The position numbers were made by a program, and so were the translations under genes. The notes under the pieces are model-generated. The model saw only the letters and a program-made list of their open reading frames with translations, had not been told where the DNA came from and searched no databases. Source: Asterionella formosa (Eukaryota). From it: 55,797 bases of DNA. This document shows positions 37,235 through 49,715 of the stretch, piece after piece (position 1 is the first letter of the stretch; every line of letters starts with the position of its first letter). The stretch spans positions 1 to 55,797 of the forward strand of contig NKIB01013547.1 in NCBI GenBank assembly GCA_002256025.1. Reading direction: 5' to 3'.

Positions 37235-38359
37235 TTATGGACCAGCTAGAACTTCCAAAAATGCACTTCCTTTTCCAGACATGGCAGCATCAAGTTCGTC
37301 ACCCAATGTTTTGATGGGAATATTCGCCGATCCAAGTTTGGCACAAATGCTCGCTGGATTTCCTGGATAGCCAATGGCTGGATTCTTGAACGAGAAGTAA
37401 AACAAAGCACGAGAATTTTTGCTCTTGTTGGCACTACCACAATGCAATACTCGAGAATCATATACAGCGCAAGATCCCTTCGGAAGCATACCTAAAACAC
37501 CCGGGGTGGTCCGCAACAGCTTGTCTTTTGGTGATTCCGAGTTGTCAGGACCAGTCGTTTCGTCTCTGAATAGGGTGTGAGTCTCCAAGTTATGAGTTTT
37601 GGGCAGCCACACAGTCGGCCCCATGGTCATATCAATATCCTGTAAGGCAATAAAACAGGTCAACAAGACGGGCTCGTTATTATCCTTGATGTTTTCTCCT
37701 TTTATTACACATGGATTGTCGGGGTGAACTACTTGTCTTTGACTCCCAGGGTCCGAAATGAGACAAGAAAGTTCGTATAGTATTGCATCAGGGCTGAGCA
37801 ACTCTTCAATTGTTTGTCGCACAGGACTTTTGCACAAAACATGATGTAGCGCCTCATTTACCTCTTTTGATCCCAATGGTATCTTCAAGTCGCACCTATT
37901 CTTGCGAAGCAGGACATTAGCAAATCGATCGATACTCCTCGCAGTTCCAGAATTGACTTCCTCCTCGGCCGTTTGTCTCAGATTTATCACAAACTCCCTC
38001 ATGGAGTCTGCGATATCATTGCTAAGGGCTCCATCAATCCGAACAACACCTTCCCTTTCCAGAACTTTGGCACATGACTTTGCCTCTAACTTGAAGCCAG
38101 CCTTCCTGTTGCCTCCTCCAAACCCGCCCCCAGAACCAGAGCCCTTGACCTTTTGTGCTTTCAGTGGACTATAATTGTTTGACATGAGACCTTCTTCATG
38201 CACACCTCGTTTGACAAGAATGTCTTCTTGTATTTCATAGAGACCAACAGCATTCGCATCGAACAATCGCGTCGAGAGATGCGCTGGCTGTATAGTGACA
38301 AATGCGGATGTGAACGTGCAGCTCAAGATCCATGCCGTCATTAATACAAAACGGAGCAT
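37235..38359 (-). CDS. PhyH-type Fe(II)/2-oxoglutarate dioxygenase, probably plastid-targeted
   Basis: QVVHPD, FIALQDI..MGPT..LPKTH, DSRVLHCGSAN and SRALFY motifs. The signal peptide MLRFVLMTAWILSCTFTSA ends at F. Confidence 0.88.
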   Translation of the reverse strand: MLRFVLMTAWILSCTFTSAFVTIQPAHLSTRLFDANAVGLYEIQEDILVKRGVHEEGLMSNNYSPLKAQKVKGSGSGGGFGGGNRKAGFKLEAKSCAKVLEREGVVRIDGALSNDIADSMREFVINLRQTAEEEVNSGTARSIDRFANVLLRKNRCDLKIPLGSKEVNEALHHVLCKSPVRQTIEELLSPDAILYELSCLISDPGSQRQVVHPDNPCVIKGENIKDNNEPVLLTCFIALQDIDMTMGPTVWLPKTHNLETHTLFRDETTGPDNSESPKDKLLRTTPGVLGMLPKGSCAVYDSRVLHCGSANKSKNSRALFYFSFKNPAIGYPGNPASICAKLGSANIPIKTLGDELDAAMSGKGSAFLEVLAGP

Positions 38360-40367
38360 CCTAATTTTCGAATGGCAATTGAGGATGTGTGATGAGTGTG
38401 TTGCAATATAATGGGGAGTGAAATCAATTGCTTCAACACCAAAATTCCTCACGGTGCTTTTGGAAACGATCATGTCATTAGTGATGGAAATTCGAACTAC
38501 CAGTACCGGTATCTGTTACGTCATATCGTATCTGATGAAATCCAAATCAGCGGATTTTACCTACACATGGAGCAGTCCTCGTGATGGATGGAAAATTTTG
38601 CACCGGGATGTCGTGTCTACCTACGGGAACGTAATGTGCTGCGTAGGCCATTTGTTATTTAGTTGCGCAGTTACACATCGCGAGGTCTGTAGTGTGCCAA
38701 AAAATTAATCCAAACATTGCGTAAAACTAAATAAAATAGTTCGGGTAAAATTAGCTTTCACCAATGCGCCCACTTTGCATATGCTTAGATACAGTCATTG
38801 CTCGACTTAGGCATATGTTCTCTATTCAAATATGGAAGAAACCTCATTTCTGGAGAGAAACTGCAGTAATGTTTCTCTTGTATTATACATTGAAAGTATT
38901 TATATATCAATCGCTATTATAACTTGAATGAAATGATGATAATTATGCTTTATCTATTGATCTGTATTTTATGATTGATACATTTGCGTTCTTTGTTTCT
39001 ACCCTACAATCCAATGACTTTGTATTCCATTGAGCGCCTTTGATCCTAAGCATTGCAACCGAAATTACCGAAACAAGATCAAGTATTGATTCATTCACGA
39101 ATTCTGGTAGAACAGGAATGATTCAATGTGTGAGCCAAATAGTTGAATACACATTCAGCATTTCCCCTCAATTGTGCATAGCATCCTACATTCTCTGTAA
39201 TCCATGTGTCATTCTTCCTGAAAGCTATGTGATGAGCAAGTAAGTTTCAGGTATTTGAAACATGAACGATTGCACATCAAAATGATCAACATTTATTTTG
39301 ATTTACCTCTTCCCCAGGTTGATTGTTTATTTTGTTGTGGTCGTCTGCAGCAAACAGTGGAAGCCAGAAGTCAGAACTTGTACCATTGAACTATTCATTT
39401 GTACACACATATATCTAAAGCAATTCAACGACCATTTGTTGACTCACAAATATTTGTGAAACGAATTGCTGATTATCCATTCAGCATGACTCTTTATGGT
39501 GGCAAGAACTTAAATCTCGAAATATCAAGCATGATTGTTCCTGAAAGCGATAAACTTGATGGGCTAGTAAGTTCTAATGCTGCGACCATATATAAGTGCA
39601 ATTTGTTTTACTAACCTCGTCCTCATGTTGACTGTTCTTGTTGTTCTTTTTATTTGTAGTAGCCACTGACTGTGCTGACAAGTCAGAACTCGATAATAGG
39701 CATATATCAAGCAAGAAGCAGTGAATCAACCATATTACTCACTTATTTGCAGCGACAATAGATGGATTCGATTCCGCAATCATTTCTATACCATAACATC
39801 GTCAATATTCACTTTCTTCTTTCAACAAAGTCAAATAAGACAAGTACATCTACCGTGCTTTTATTTGTTTCTATTTCTCCGGTACTTAGGGCGTGGTACT
39901 TGGCGAATTGGTAAGGATTCTGGGATTCCCGAAAATGGACGTTTTTGCGGAAACGAGCATGACTTTATAATTATGCAATCTTTTTCAAAATAGAAGAAAG
40001 GTTTAGATCTTCCGAAGGGTCAGCTATCGATTCCGCACTTTAAATTCCCTTTTCGAAGAAAATGGAGGACACACGAATTTTTGTCCCAAGAGTGTGCTGA
40101 ACCTGTCAGGTCAACTCTACTCGTCCCTCTGTTCAACTATAGTTGCAACAATTCTTTTCTAGGCCTCCTCGATCTACTTTTGTACTTTGTCGGAGAATAG
40201 TCAACATACTGTACTTCATATGTTTGCTGGCATTATAGATGGGCTGATACTGTTTGTTACCAGCCAGTATATAATTTTGGAACAACGTTTGGCATCATGC
40301 TGGAATCGAATATCCATTAGGAATTGATTTTCCTTTTCGAGTTCATGACCCACATACATAGGGAGTA

Positions 40368-41628
40368 CTCCCTCTGTTCCGGTACAGTTGCAACACTCTC
40401 AGCAACTAACCCGGCTAAATCCATGTCCTTCAAAGAAGCCCTCTGTAGAAGCAATGTGCAATTTCTACGCAAGACGATGCAGGCTACGGGTACTACGTTG
40501 GTTAGATTAGTATATTGAGGCAAGCATAACACTAAATAGCAATCCATGTGCTTTGTTTAGGGCTATTGAATTTACTTAAATTTCGCTAGCCAGCATAGCT
40601 GTTTTGCTCTACATGGAGTGGTATGCAATATTCAAGATTGGCTTACTTGTATCTCGGTCTCACAACAGCACTTATTAACATGACTTTTTGAATATGAGAC
40701 TTGTGACTAAAACATTCCTTTCTGGTGGCACCTCATCTTAAGAGCTAAATATATGAGAAGCCTTTGATGCAAAGAACCATTTTGTATATATGGATATCAT
40801 GATAGAAGTGATCAAAGAAACCAAACTTACTGGGATCAAACAGTTCATGATTCATTTGAACAGGGTGGTTTAATTGCAAATGATTAATAGCATAAAACAC
40901 AAGATTCACAGCATTGTTGGGTGTTAGCAATGGTTTGATTGCATTAGTGTGAGGCTGTATCACTTCTATCTTGGTTGAACAGGTGTAAAAAAAGAGAGTA
41001 GTGACTGGGAGTCCAAGCTTCTTCCCTAATGTGCAGTAAGCTCATTGCTGATGGTGAGGAATCAACTTGACAGCTGCTATAATATCATCAGGAGAATATT
41101 TAATATCTCCACCACTCTTATACTTCCGGGACAGAGCCTTGTATGATTCACTATCCCATTCGTGAACAATTCGAGCGCACGCTTCCAGATGCGATAAATT
41201 GTGATTCTACTGACGTCGAATTTTCTAGCCAACTGGAGGTGAACATCCGGATTTACTATGAGCCAGTCGTCAATTTCGTTGCCTCCGATCTCGTCCCTTT
41301 TGAGGCTTCGAAGCAAACAATCGATGATGTAGTGTCGCTGTTCTGGTGTCAAATCCTTCTTTTTATGCCTATTGACTAATAACGAAGGGTCAACGAAAAA
41401 GGGGGGTGGTCCCGAGCAAACATTCCAATTGGGGTGCGATTCTACGAAAACTGCGCCAAAAGAACCCGAAGTCAGGTTCACCTAATTGTAGACTATTTAG
41501 ATAATGCTCGGAATAATTTTTGCTACCAGTACTGGACGGAGAATTTTTGGAGGTTGCCCTTCATATGAGGCAGTGAACTAAAGCTTGGTTGCAACGTTGC
41601 AACTACGTATATACCGGAACAGAGGGAG
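40368..41628 (-). mobile_element. Internally decayed plant-type mariner with intact Stowaway-like TIRs and TA TSD
   Basis: TA|CTCCCTCTGTTCCGG...CCGGAACAGAGGGAG|TA. Inside are DLTPEQRHYII, LARKFDVSRITIYRIWKRA (HTH) and FYHDIHI. A related ~245-bp MITE abuts it at ~40121-40365. Confidence 0.85.
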
Positions 41629-41784
41629 TACCAGGCATCATAGCTACCGGTACTTTTCCCCATGATAGCGTCTAAGATTTTTTTGAATGTGATTTGCTGC
41701 GTTTGTTGAACTGACAACACATCCTAAATCTTAGCACACGACATATTTAGTTCCAGGGTACCCTTCCTTGCTCTCAACAAGATC

Positions 41785-43999
41785 ATGTCAGGATACGACT
41801 TCGCAACAATTGGTGGGCCGCCAGACCCAATCTCCCTTTTGCGACAGCTCACTGTTTCCGACTCGAGTATCCCGGTAGAACCGGCAAATGGAATTGACGA
41901 TGGAGGGAAGCATCAAGAGCCTCCTGCTCGTTGCCGTCCGGAGGTACGCAATTACACTGGCATCCGTTTGGACACTTTCCCGCGCTAACACATTTGTCAG
42001 AATGGACTTTGGCCACATCGCGACATGTTGTCCTTTACTCGATCCTTGATTTTCTATGGTGCTGGCACTGTGACAGACGAAAATGTACAGGCGTGCCAGC
42101 ATATTCAAGAAGCAAGAGCCATGAGACAGAAATATTTTGGTAGAAAAGGGATGTCAGCCGGCATGGACATTCTCAAACAGAATCATGGACTGACTTTTGC
42201 CTTTGGAACAAATGGTGTTGTGGAGATTTTTCATCAAAGCGGGCCCTATACTACCAAAAATCTATGTCCAGTTCCCAGTATTGATGAATTTCACAAAGAT
42301 TACAAGCGCTTTGTACATATGCTGAATGACGGCGCCATGAGATCGTTTTGTTTCCAGCGGCTACAGTTGTTATCAAGTGCATTCAAAATGCATGTCACGG
42401 CTAATGGAGCAATGGAAAGTCAAGAGCAAAGTCAGCTGCTTGGAACCGATTTTTACCGGACCATGAAGGTCGACAATCATATTCATGCCGCTGCCGCTCC
42501 GAGTGTGAAGCATTTTGTTAACTTTGTAAGGAACAAGTTGGAGAATGAAGGAGATGTCGTGGTGTCAGAAAATGGAAAAACTCTCGTGGAGATATTCAGT
42601 GATGCTGGTATGGATTCTGATCATCTGACTATAGATGCATTTAATGTATTGGCTGATTACTCGGTCTATCAACGATTTGACAACTTCAACACAAAGTACA
42701 GTCCCTTTCGAATGGCTGATATGCGAAGAATCTTTCTGAAGACTACCAATCACATGGATGGCAAGTATTTTGCTGAACTCCTTAAGGGCGTCTTTGCTCG
42801 CCACGAATCATCGAAAGGACATAAATCCGCGGTTGAGATGAGATTAAGTATTTACGGTATGGAACGTCACGAGTGGTTGGACCTGGCAAAGTGGATGTTG
42901 CGTGATTGGGACGGGGACTACCCGGGTCCAGTTCTATCGTCTCATAATCGATGGTTGATCCAAATACCTCGACTTTGGCGTATCTACCGAGGCAAGGCGT
43001 CAGACCGGTCATTTCAAGAAATGATGGATAATCTATTTGTTCCCATTTTTGAGGCCACAATGTGTCCACAAGAACATCCTGAGGTGGCTGAATTATTGAA
43101 GAACATTGTTGGCTTTGATTCTGTTGATGACGAAGGAGCACACGAAGAAAACTGTAGCAATGAGCGTCCTACCAAATGGACGCAAGAAAGCAATCCGGCT
43201 TACTGGTGGCAGCTCTATTATATTTGGGCGAATTTGGAAGTCTTGAACCAGCTACGAATTGCAAAGGGCTTGAACCCCTTGGCGTTCAGGCCTCATGCTG
43301 GTGAGACGGGAGACCCAATGCATCTCGCGGCCACTTATCTACTTTGCCCATCTATCAATCACGGCATTAATTTGCACAGTCAGGTTTCTCTTCAATATCT
43401 ATACTATCTGGATCAGGTTAGTTGAAACATTTATTGTTTTCACCATGTTTCAACTTTTAATTCTGACTTTTTCTCCTTAGGTTGGTCTTTCTTTGTCTCC
43501 CTTGTCAAATAATTTTCTCTTCCGAAAGATTGCTACGAACCCATTTCCAAAATTCTTTCGCCGTGGCCTAAATGTTACCCTTTCCACGGATGATCCCCTC
43601 CTTTTTCACATGTCTGATGATGCCTTGCTGGAAGAATATGCCGTAGCTAGAGCGTCGTTTGATCTATCCATGACGGATGTTGCTGAAATCGCCAGAAACT
43701 CTATCCTTCAATGCGGTTTCGAAGATTCGCTGAAGAAGGAATGGCTCGGTGAAGAATACGCTCGAGGGGTTACGTTTTGCGATGAGAGAAAGACACATGT
43801 TCCATTGATTCGTGCTAAATATAGAGCAGAGCATCTTGCCATCGAACACATGTTAGTGCACCTGATCGGGGCTGGAAAGGGAGATGCTGTTCTTGACGAA
43901 ATGAAGGTTCAGTTTGGCTTGGCTCGCGACGCTCATCGAAATGTCTTGTTTGACAATATTGAGGATGTACCCTCCTTCCCAGAACAAGGGCAGCTCTAG
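41785..43999 (+). CDS. AMPD: AMP deaminase; introns 41944-42000 and 43417-43480
   Basis: KVDNHIHAAA, RFDNFNTKY, GFDSVDDE, FRPHAGETG, HGINL, SPLSNNFLF and LSTDDPL. Confidence 0.96.
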
Positions 44000-44175
44000 C
44001 GTAAAAAACGATAAAATTGTTACCGGTAGCATTGGTCAATCACAAGAGTACCATGCGCTTATGATGGCAGGAGAGTACCGGTACTTGAGTATGGTTCACT
44101 TAAGGGTATAACAACCTTTTACATTTTGGTGCCTTTGTTGGGCTTATTATTTTTTTCTACGTTCTTACTGAAGCC

Positions 44176-46938
44176 CTAGCTATGAAGTGAACTCGCTGGG
44201 GCGATAGGGCGTCCTTTTTGCTGTCCTGCTATTAGTTGAATCAAAATTTCTTTCGAATATTTTATTCGCTTCGCCACTTCAGGATTGGTGCCCACGAGTT
44301 CGTCGGTGAGGAAGTAAGTTGCCCGATTTCGGTACTTGTCGACATAAGTGACAAAGCGTTCGTCGGGAGTTAACAAAATTTCGGTCTGATCGTAGAAGAC
44401 AATTTGAACAGTGTTGTTGCTGAGACGGAAAAGAACGGCGTGTTTGGTTCGCACCCACTTCTTCAGGTACACCATCGGAACTCCTTCCGTACGAACATTT
44501 ACGCTATCAAAGACAGAGTCCACGTCGTCAGCTACGGCCTTCTTTTGTTGCTCAATTAGATAATTGCGAAAATGTTTAAGAAGCGTAACCTTCTTCTCAA
44601 GGCTTTCAGGATAGGTGTTGAGCGTATATTTTTCGCTGGTTGGATCGTTGCGACGTGTACTTGGTTCTTTGTAATCAACTTTTCGTCTCTCAATGAACTC
44701 AAAGCCGTCTCCCTCTGGTTCGAGAACAGTCTTTGTAGAGTCGTTGAAATAAACACCGGAGCAGCCATTGTTTAGCAAAAACCCAAGTCCGTATTTACTG
44801 GTATAATCAACGTATCTTGTTACCCAAATTCCCGGGCCACCTCGAGACGTCGCTCGGGGTGCGCGTCCGCGATAGCTGTTTTTTCGTAAGTCGGTCACAT
44901 CCAGCACTGAAGAGAGTCGTTCTAACATTTGATACAGGATCGCTGAGTCATGATCATTCGAGCGAGGACTCGATTGGGCTTCGCTACTCGCTTTGGGTTC
45001 TGACATCGACAAGGCATCGGCTTTAGAAATGATGCCATCCATACCACTAGGAGTGGCAATTTGAGGTGATTTCAAATGATGATGTTTTACCTTCTCAGTT
45101 TCATCAAAAATCTCAAAAGCTGGAAGAACGCTTGATTTTCCATGCACTGACGACAACATTGTCTTTGACATGTGTCGAGCTAGCAATGCACCCCTTTCAC
45201 TGGCAGCGTACTCTGCTTTACATTTGCCCGCTTCAGGCTCGGCGTTAAGGTCTTTGATACTGAAGGGGAAACATTTTCTTGTTGACGATGGGCGAGGCAG
45301 GGCAGAATGAGAGCTCGTGCGATAAAGTGTGTCGTCTTGGTCTGTCGTGCTCTCTACAACTTTGACTTTACCATCCTCATCACGTGTCCATTCTGGTTCC
45401 ATATGCAGTACTCGCAACGGAAGAAAAGTCGGGACCATCGCACTTTCAGAAGTGAAGAATTGATGTTTCCTGATCTCCAACAGAGTTGGTCTGGGTATAG
45501 GAAGATATGCAATTAGGAATGGACTTGTGAAGGGGTATCAGCATATGAAAGAAAACTTACCGATCTTCTGGCTTCGATTGAAGCATGAGAGATATTAGGT
45601 CCTTGGCATCACCACTGACATCGATATGACTCGGGAAGCTGTACTGGTTGGCAATGATACGCTGATAGGTTGCCTTCACATCCTTCGCTTCGTACGGCGG
45701 CTTTCCCACTATAATAGTATAAAGAATCACTCCCATTGACCAAATGTCCACTTCAAATGAGTGCCCACGAGTCTCCTTTGTCCCCAGGATGACTTCTGGA
45801 GCAATGTAATTCGGCGTACCACAAATTGTCTGTCTTTTCTCTTCAACAGACTCTAGTTTTGTTGCAAGCCCCAAATCTCCAACTTTGATAACAAGGTCTT
45901 TGTTCAGGAAAAGATTTCCTAGCTTCAAGTCACGATGAATGACGCAATGTCCGTGCATGTATTCCACAGCATCGACCATCTGAAGTAAGTAGTAAGCAGC
46001 TTCTGGTTCTGTTAGCCGTTTTCTTCGCTTAATCATTTCATTCATACTCTGATTGTGGCAGAGTTCTAGCAAGATGTAGCAGTTGATTTTATCTTCAAAG
46101 AAATGCTTGTATTCACAGATATACTTATGCTTTAGAATACGATGAATCTTGATCTCTGTTTGGAGCTGTAGAATGAGGTGTATGAGTGCGAATGCTGTGC
46201 AGAAAAACTAAAAAATAATGTGTAGGGCGGATGTGTTTTTCAATTTGGAAAAAGCAACCTTACCTTTTGTCGAGCTCTTGTCTTCACGAGGTTGGCTTTT
46301 GGAACAACCTTCACAGCATAGTTTTTGTTCGTCTCCAAAGCAGTGCACAGGTATACCTTAGCAAATCCTCCTTTTCCGAGTAAACGACCACGAAGATAAC
46401 GATGAACAGTATAACCGTCTCCATTGATCTTTCTTCGTTTTTCCTCGATCACAATGTTTTCGTCTGTTTCAATCTGTGAAGCATTGGAGGACATACCGGA
46501 TGAAGTCAGAACTGAACCTGCTAGCGGTGGTGTAGAAGAAACGAGGCCAGCGGATAGGGAACGTTGCAAATGAGGAGGAAGAAGTGGCGTTCCTTTTAAA
46601 CCTGCCCCAGTGTGTGTAATCAAGCTTGAATCTCCATTGTCCGACCCTACCTCCGCTGGATATGATAGTGAGTTGGTATTAGAAGAACTCGAATTATTTA
46701 TGCGAGCTTTGTTGTTTTCATTGTTGCTGGATTCCAACGTTGACAAACGAGTGGCAGCATTTTCTTTGTGTAATGATCCCTCTGATGAGCCAGATAAGGA
46801 CTGCGGTACCGTGTTTGGGTTTCTGGCTTGAAACGGTTTCCTCGACGATGCAGAGTTCCTGAACGCCATCCTTGATGGTTGGCAATGCTCGTTGTTTCCT
46901 GCAACACCGTTCAATCCAATCTTCTGGATATCGATCAT
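44176..46938 (-). CDS. PLK1: Polo-like kinase; introns 46166-46263 and 45491-45560
   Basis: LGKGGFAKVY, HRDLKLGNLFL, ICGTPNYIAPEV and GHSFEVDIWS, with Polo boxes WVTRYVDYTSKYGLGF and YLKKWVRTKHAVLFRLSN. The start is uncertain (46938 or 46869). Confidence 0.95.
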
Positions 46939-47347
46939 TCGAGGCGCGACGGAAAAAGCGATCGATTCGAATCAGAGCCAGCACAGCGCTAATCGATGTC
47001 AATTGCTCGACTAGAAACGCAGACTCAGACTCAGACTCAGACTCTGCTCACTTGTTTTGTTCAATTCGATGAAGCAACAAATGAAATTGATTGTGGCGGG
47101 TATATGTATATATATATATGAACACAAAGGAAGTGAAGAAGAGGTGGCAACGAAGTATCGTTTACGAAGATAAGCCTTCACTTAAAAAAGCGTGGCAAGT
47201 AGAGTTGCGCTATGTTGACAAGCGTGCGAGCAACACAAACATCGAAAACGTCGTTTGAATTTGAGTTCAGAAGCGAGACCACCAACGGTGGACGCGAGCC
47301 AACGGCATTGCATCCTTGATTAAGTAATCAAAACAGCTAAACTTTTG

Positions 47348-47926
47348 NNNNNNNNNNNNNNNNNNNNNNNNNNNNNNNNNNNNNNNNNNNNNNNNNNNNN
47401 NNNNNNNNNNNNNNNNNNNNNNNNNNNNNNNNNNNNNNNNNNNNNNNNNNNNNNNNNNNNNNNNNNNNNNNNNNNNNNNNNNNNNNNNNNNNNNNNNNNN
47501 NNNNNNNNNNNNNNNNNNNNNNNNNNNNNNNNNNNNNNNNNNNNNNNNNNNNNNNNNNNNNNNNNNNNNNNNNNNNNNNNNNNNNNNNNNNNNNNNNNNN
47601 NNNNNNNNNNNNNNNNNNNNNNNNNNNNNNNNNNNNNNNNNNNNNNNNNNNNNNNNNNNNNNNNNNNNNNNNNNNNNNNNNNNNNNNNNNNNNNNNNNNN
47701 NNNNNNNNNNNNNNNNNNNNNNNNNNNNNNNNNNNNNNNNNNNNNNNNNNNNNNNNNNNNNNNNNNNNNNNNNNNNNNNNNNNNNNNNNNNNNNNNNNNN
47801 NNNNNNNNNNNNNNNNNNNNNNNNNNNNNNNNNNNNNNNNNNNNNNNNNNNNNNNNNNNNNNNNNNNNNNNNNNNNNNNNNNNNNNNNNNNNNNNNNNNN
47901 NNNNNNNNNNNNNNNNNNNNNNNNNN
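47348..47926. other. Assembly gap (N run)
   Basis: 579 consecutive N. Confidence 1.
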
Positions 47927-48002
47927 AAAAAAGGGCACTGGTACCAGTGCATAGTCAAGACTAAGCGGAGTGCCTGGTTACATGGTACCCCTGGTACCAG
48001 TA

Positions 48003-49688
48003 CCGTATACCGTACTTCAGTGTCCTGGACCCCCCTGTGGTTGCTGTAGTACCCCCCTGTACATTTTTCTCAAGGGGGTGGTCGTAATAAAAGGCCCCGT
48101 CTTACGTTGCCCGAATTACGAAGATTGAGTCGCCCGGATAACCTGTTGCGCGTTTAATCTTCTTATTTTCGTCCCTTACGGGCTAATTAACTCGCAAATC
48201 CCCCCGATTACGAAGATAAATCTTCGTTCGCCCGAATATTTCGAGGGTCATCCCCGATATTGACCCAATCTTCGTATTTTCTTGAACAATCTTCGTTTCC
48301 CGAAGATTAATATTCGGGCAAACGAAGATTGTCTCCACCAATCAGAATGGCGGAAACAATATATAATTGTCATCACATATACTGATGATATAGTATTTGA
48401 TACTTCTTTTGTAGTTTTATAGTCATTATTATTACATATTAAAATATAATTATCCTTACTTTGAATATTTTTTTATGATTTAAAAAATTTGTAACATGAC
48501 GACTCCGCCAATGCTATCATCAACCTTCCTGGCACATTATCAACAGTGTGTACAGGCATGGAAGCGACAATGGTTGTCATGGCAACTACCAGCTGCCTTG
48601 CCAGCTGCGTTGCGAAATGAGCTGGTTTCTCAGTTTCATTTGAAAGTTCAATCTGAATGAGGGAATCAGCAATCGCCATCCAGCAACATCTGCTAATCAA
48701 AAAAGAATGAAAAGACCTCTGAGTCATCATTGTGATGGTAGGGAGATACTGGTGGTGGGAGAGGAGAAAGGAGATAGGCCGATGTGAAGGCCAATCACCT
48801 TGCTTACAACAACAGCAACGACAATGATGGAGCATTGAGTGTTGACGATTTTCATTATAATTAATTACCATAATATTCCTACGGACAAGACTACCAATTT
48901 TCATGTAGGAATACATTTCAATTCACGAGATCGGTCGTTTGACGCATGGATTGACGCATTATTTAATCTTTGGGACCGTAAGGTGGCCAAAAAATTTCCC
49001 GAATACGAAGATCGAAGATTTTGCTGCGATAGTTTCGCAATATTCGATCTTCGTATTTCGGGCACTGCAAGTTTCAGCCTAAGCACCCAATAATTTTCTA
49101 GACTTGGACAAATTAAAGCAAGTGCTTTAATTCTGTTGGCACTCGTATGTAGGCTTGGGAAGATAATTTTATTTAGCTGAAAAATGCGATTCTTTTTTAA
49201 ATACTAGTATATAAAAACACAACAGTATACCAGTGGTGGTTGTGAGCAGCCGGAGAATCCTGCATCATGTCATCTCTGCCTTGACCATGACGAAAATAAT
49301 GAATCTGTTCATGACAACTGAGAACAACTCTTGCTTTGCTATTTGGTACACATATCAAGAACAATATAGAAAATACAATTGTAAAAGAACTATTTTAATA
49401 ATAACACTAATGTTGACAATGAATATTGAAGTCACCGATAGCAGCCATGGTGATGTCGCATCTTTTTGGAAGGTGAATAACTTTCTCAGTTTTCACTTTA
49501 CAGAAGTAGTGAACATATTAATAAATATTAGAATGAAATGCGCCATCCTTAGAACTTATAAGATTTCCTTAGGTCTATTACAAGGGAAATCTCAACATAT
49601 TCCTGGAGCCCCTTAAGTTAAATCAGTCAAATTCAGTCATGGCAGGAGTGTACATTGCGGGGTCCAGCCAGGACACTGAATTATATGG
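48003..49688. mobile_element. TA-flanked TIR element (CC(G/A)TATA..TTCAGTGTCCTGG..CCCC) containing nested repeats
   Basis: Inverted termini at 48003-48035 and 49659-49688 with TA outside both. The interior has ACGAAGAT-rich repeats and a fragment of the long-TIR family (~49205-49460). Confidence 0.6.
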
Positions 49689-49715
49689 TACTATAGTTGC
49701 TGACATATGATATTA

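Noticed and set aside
47267..48049. Long ORFs of X residues
   Set aside because: Artefacts of the N gap.
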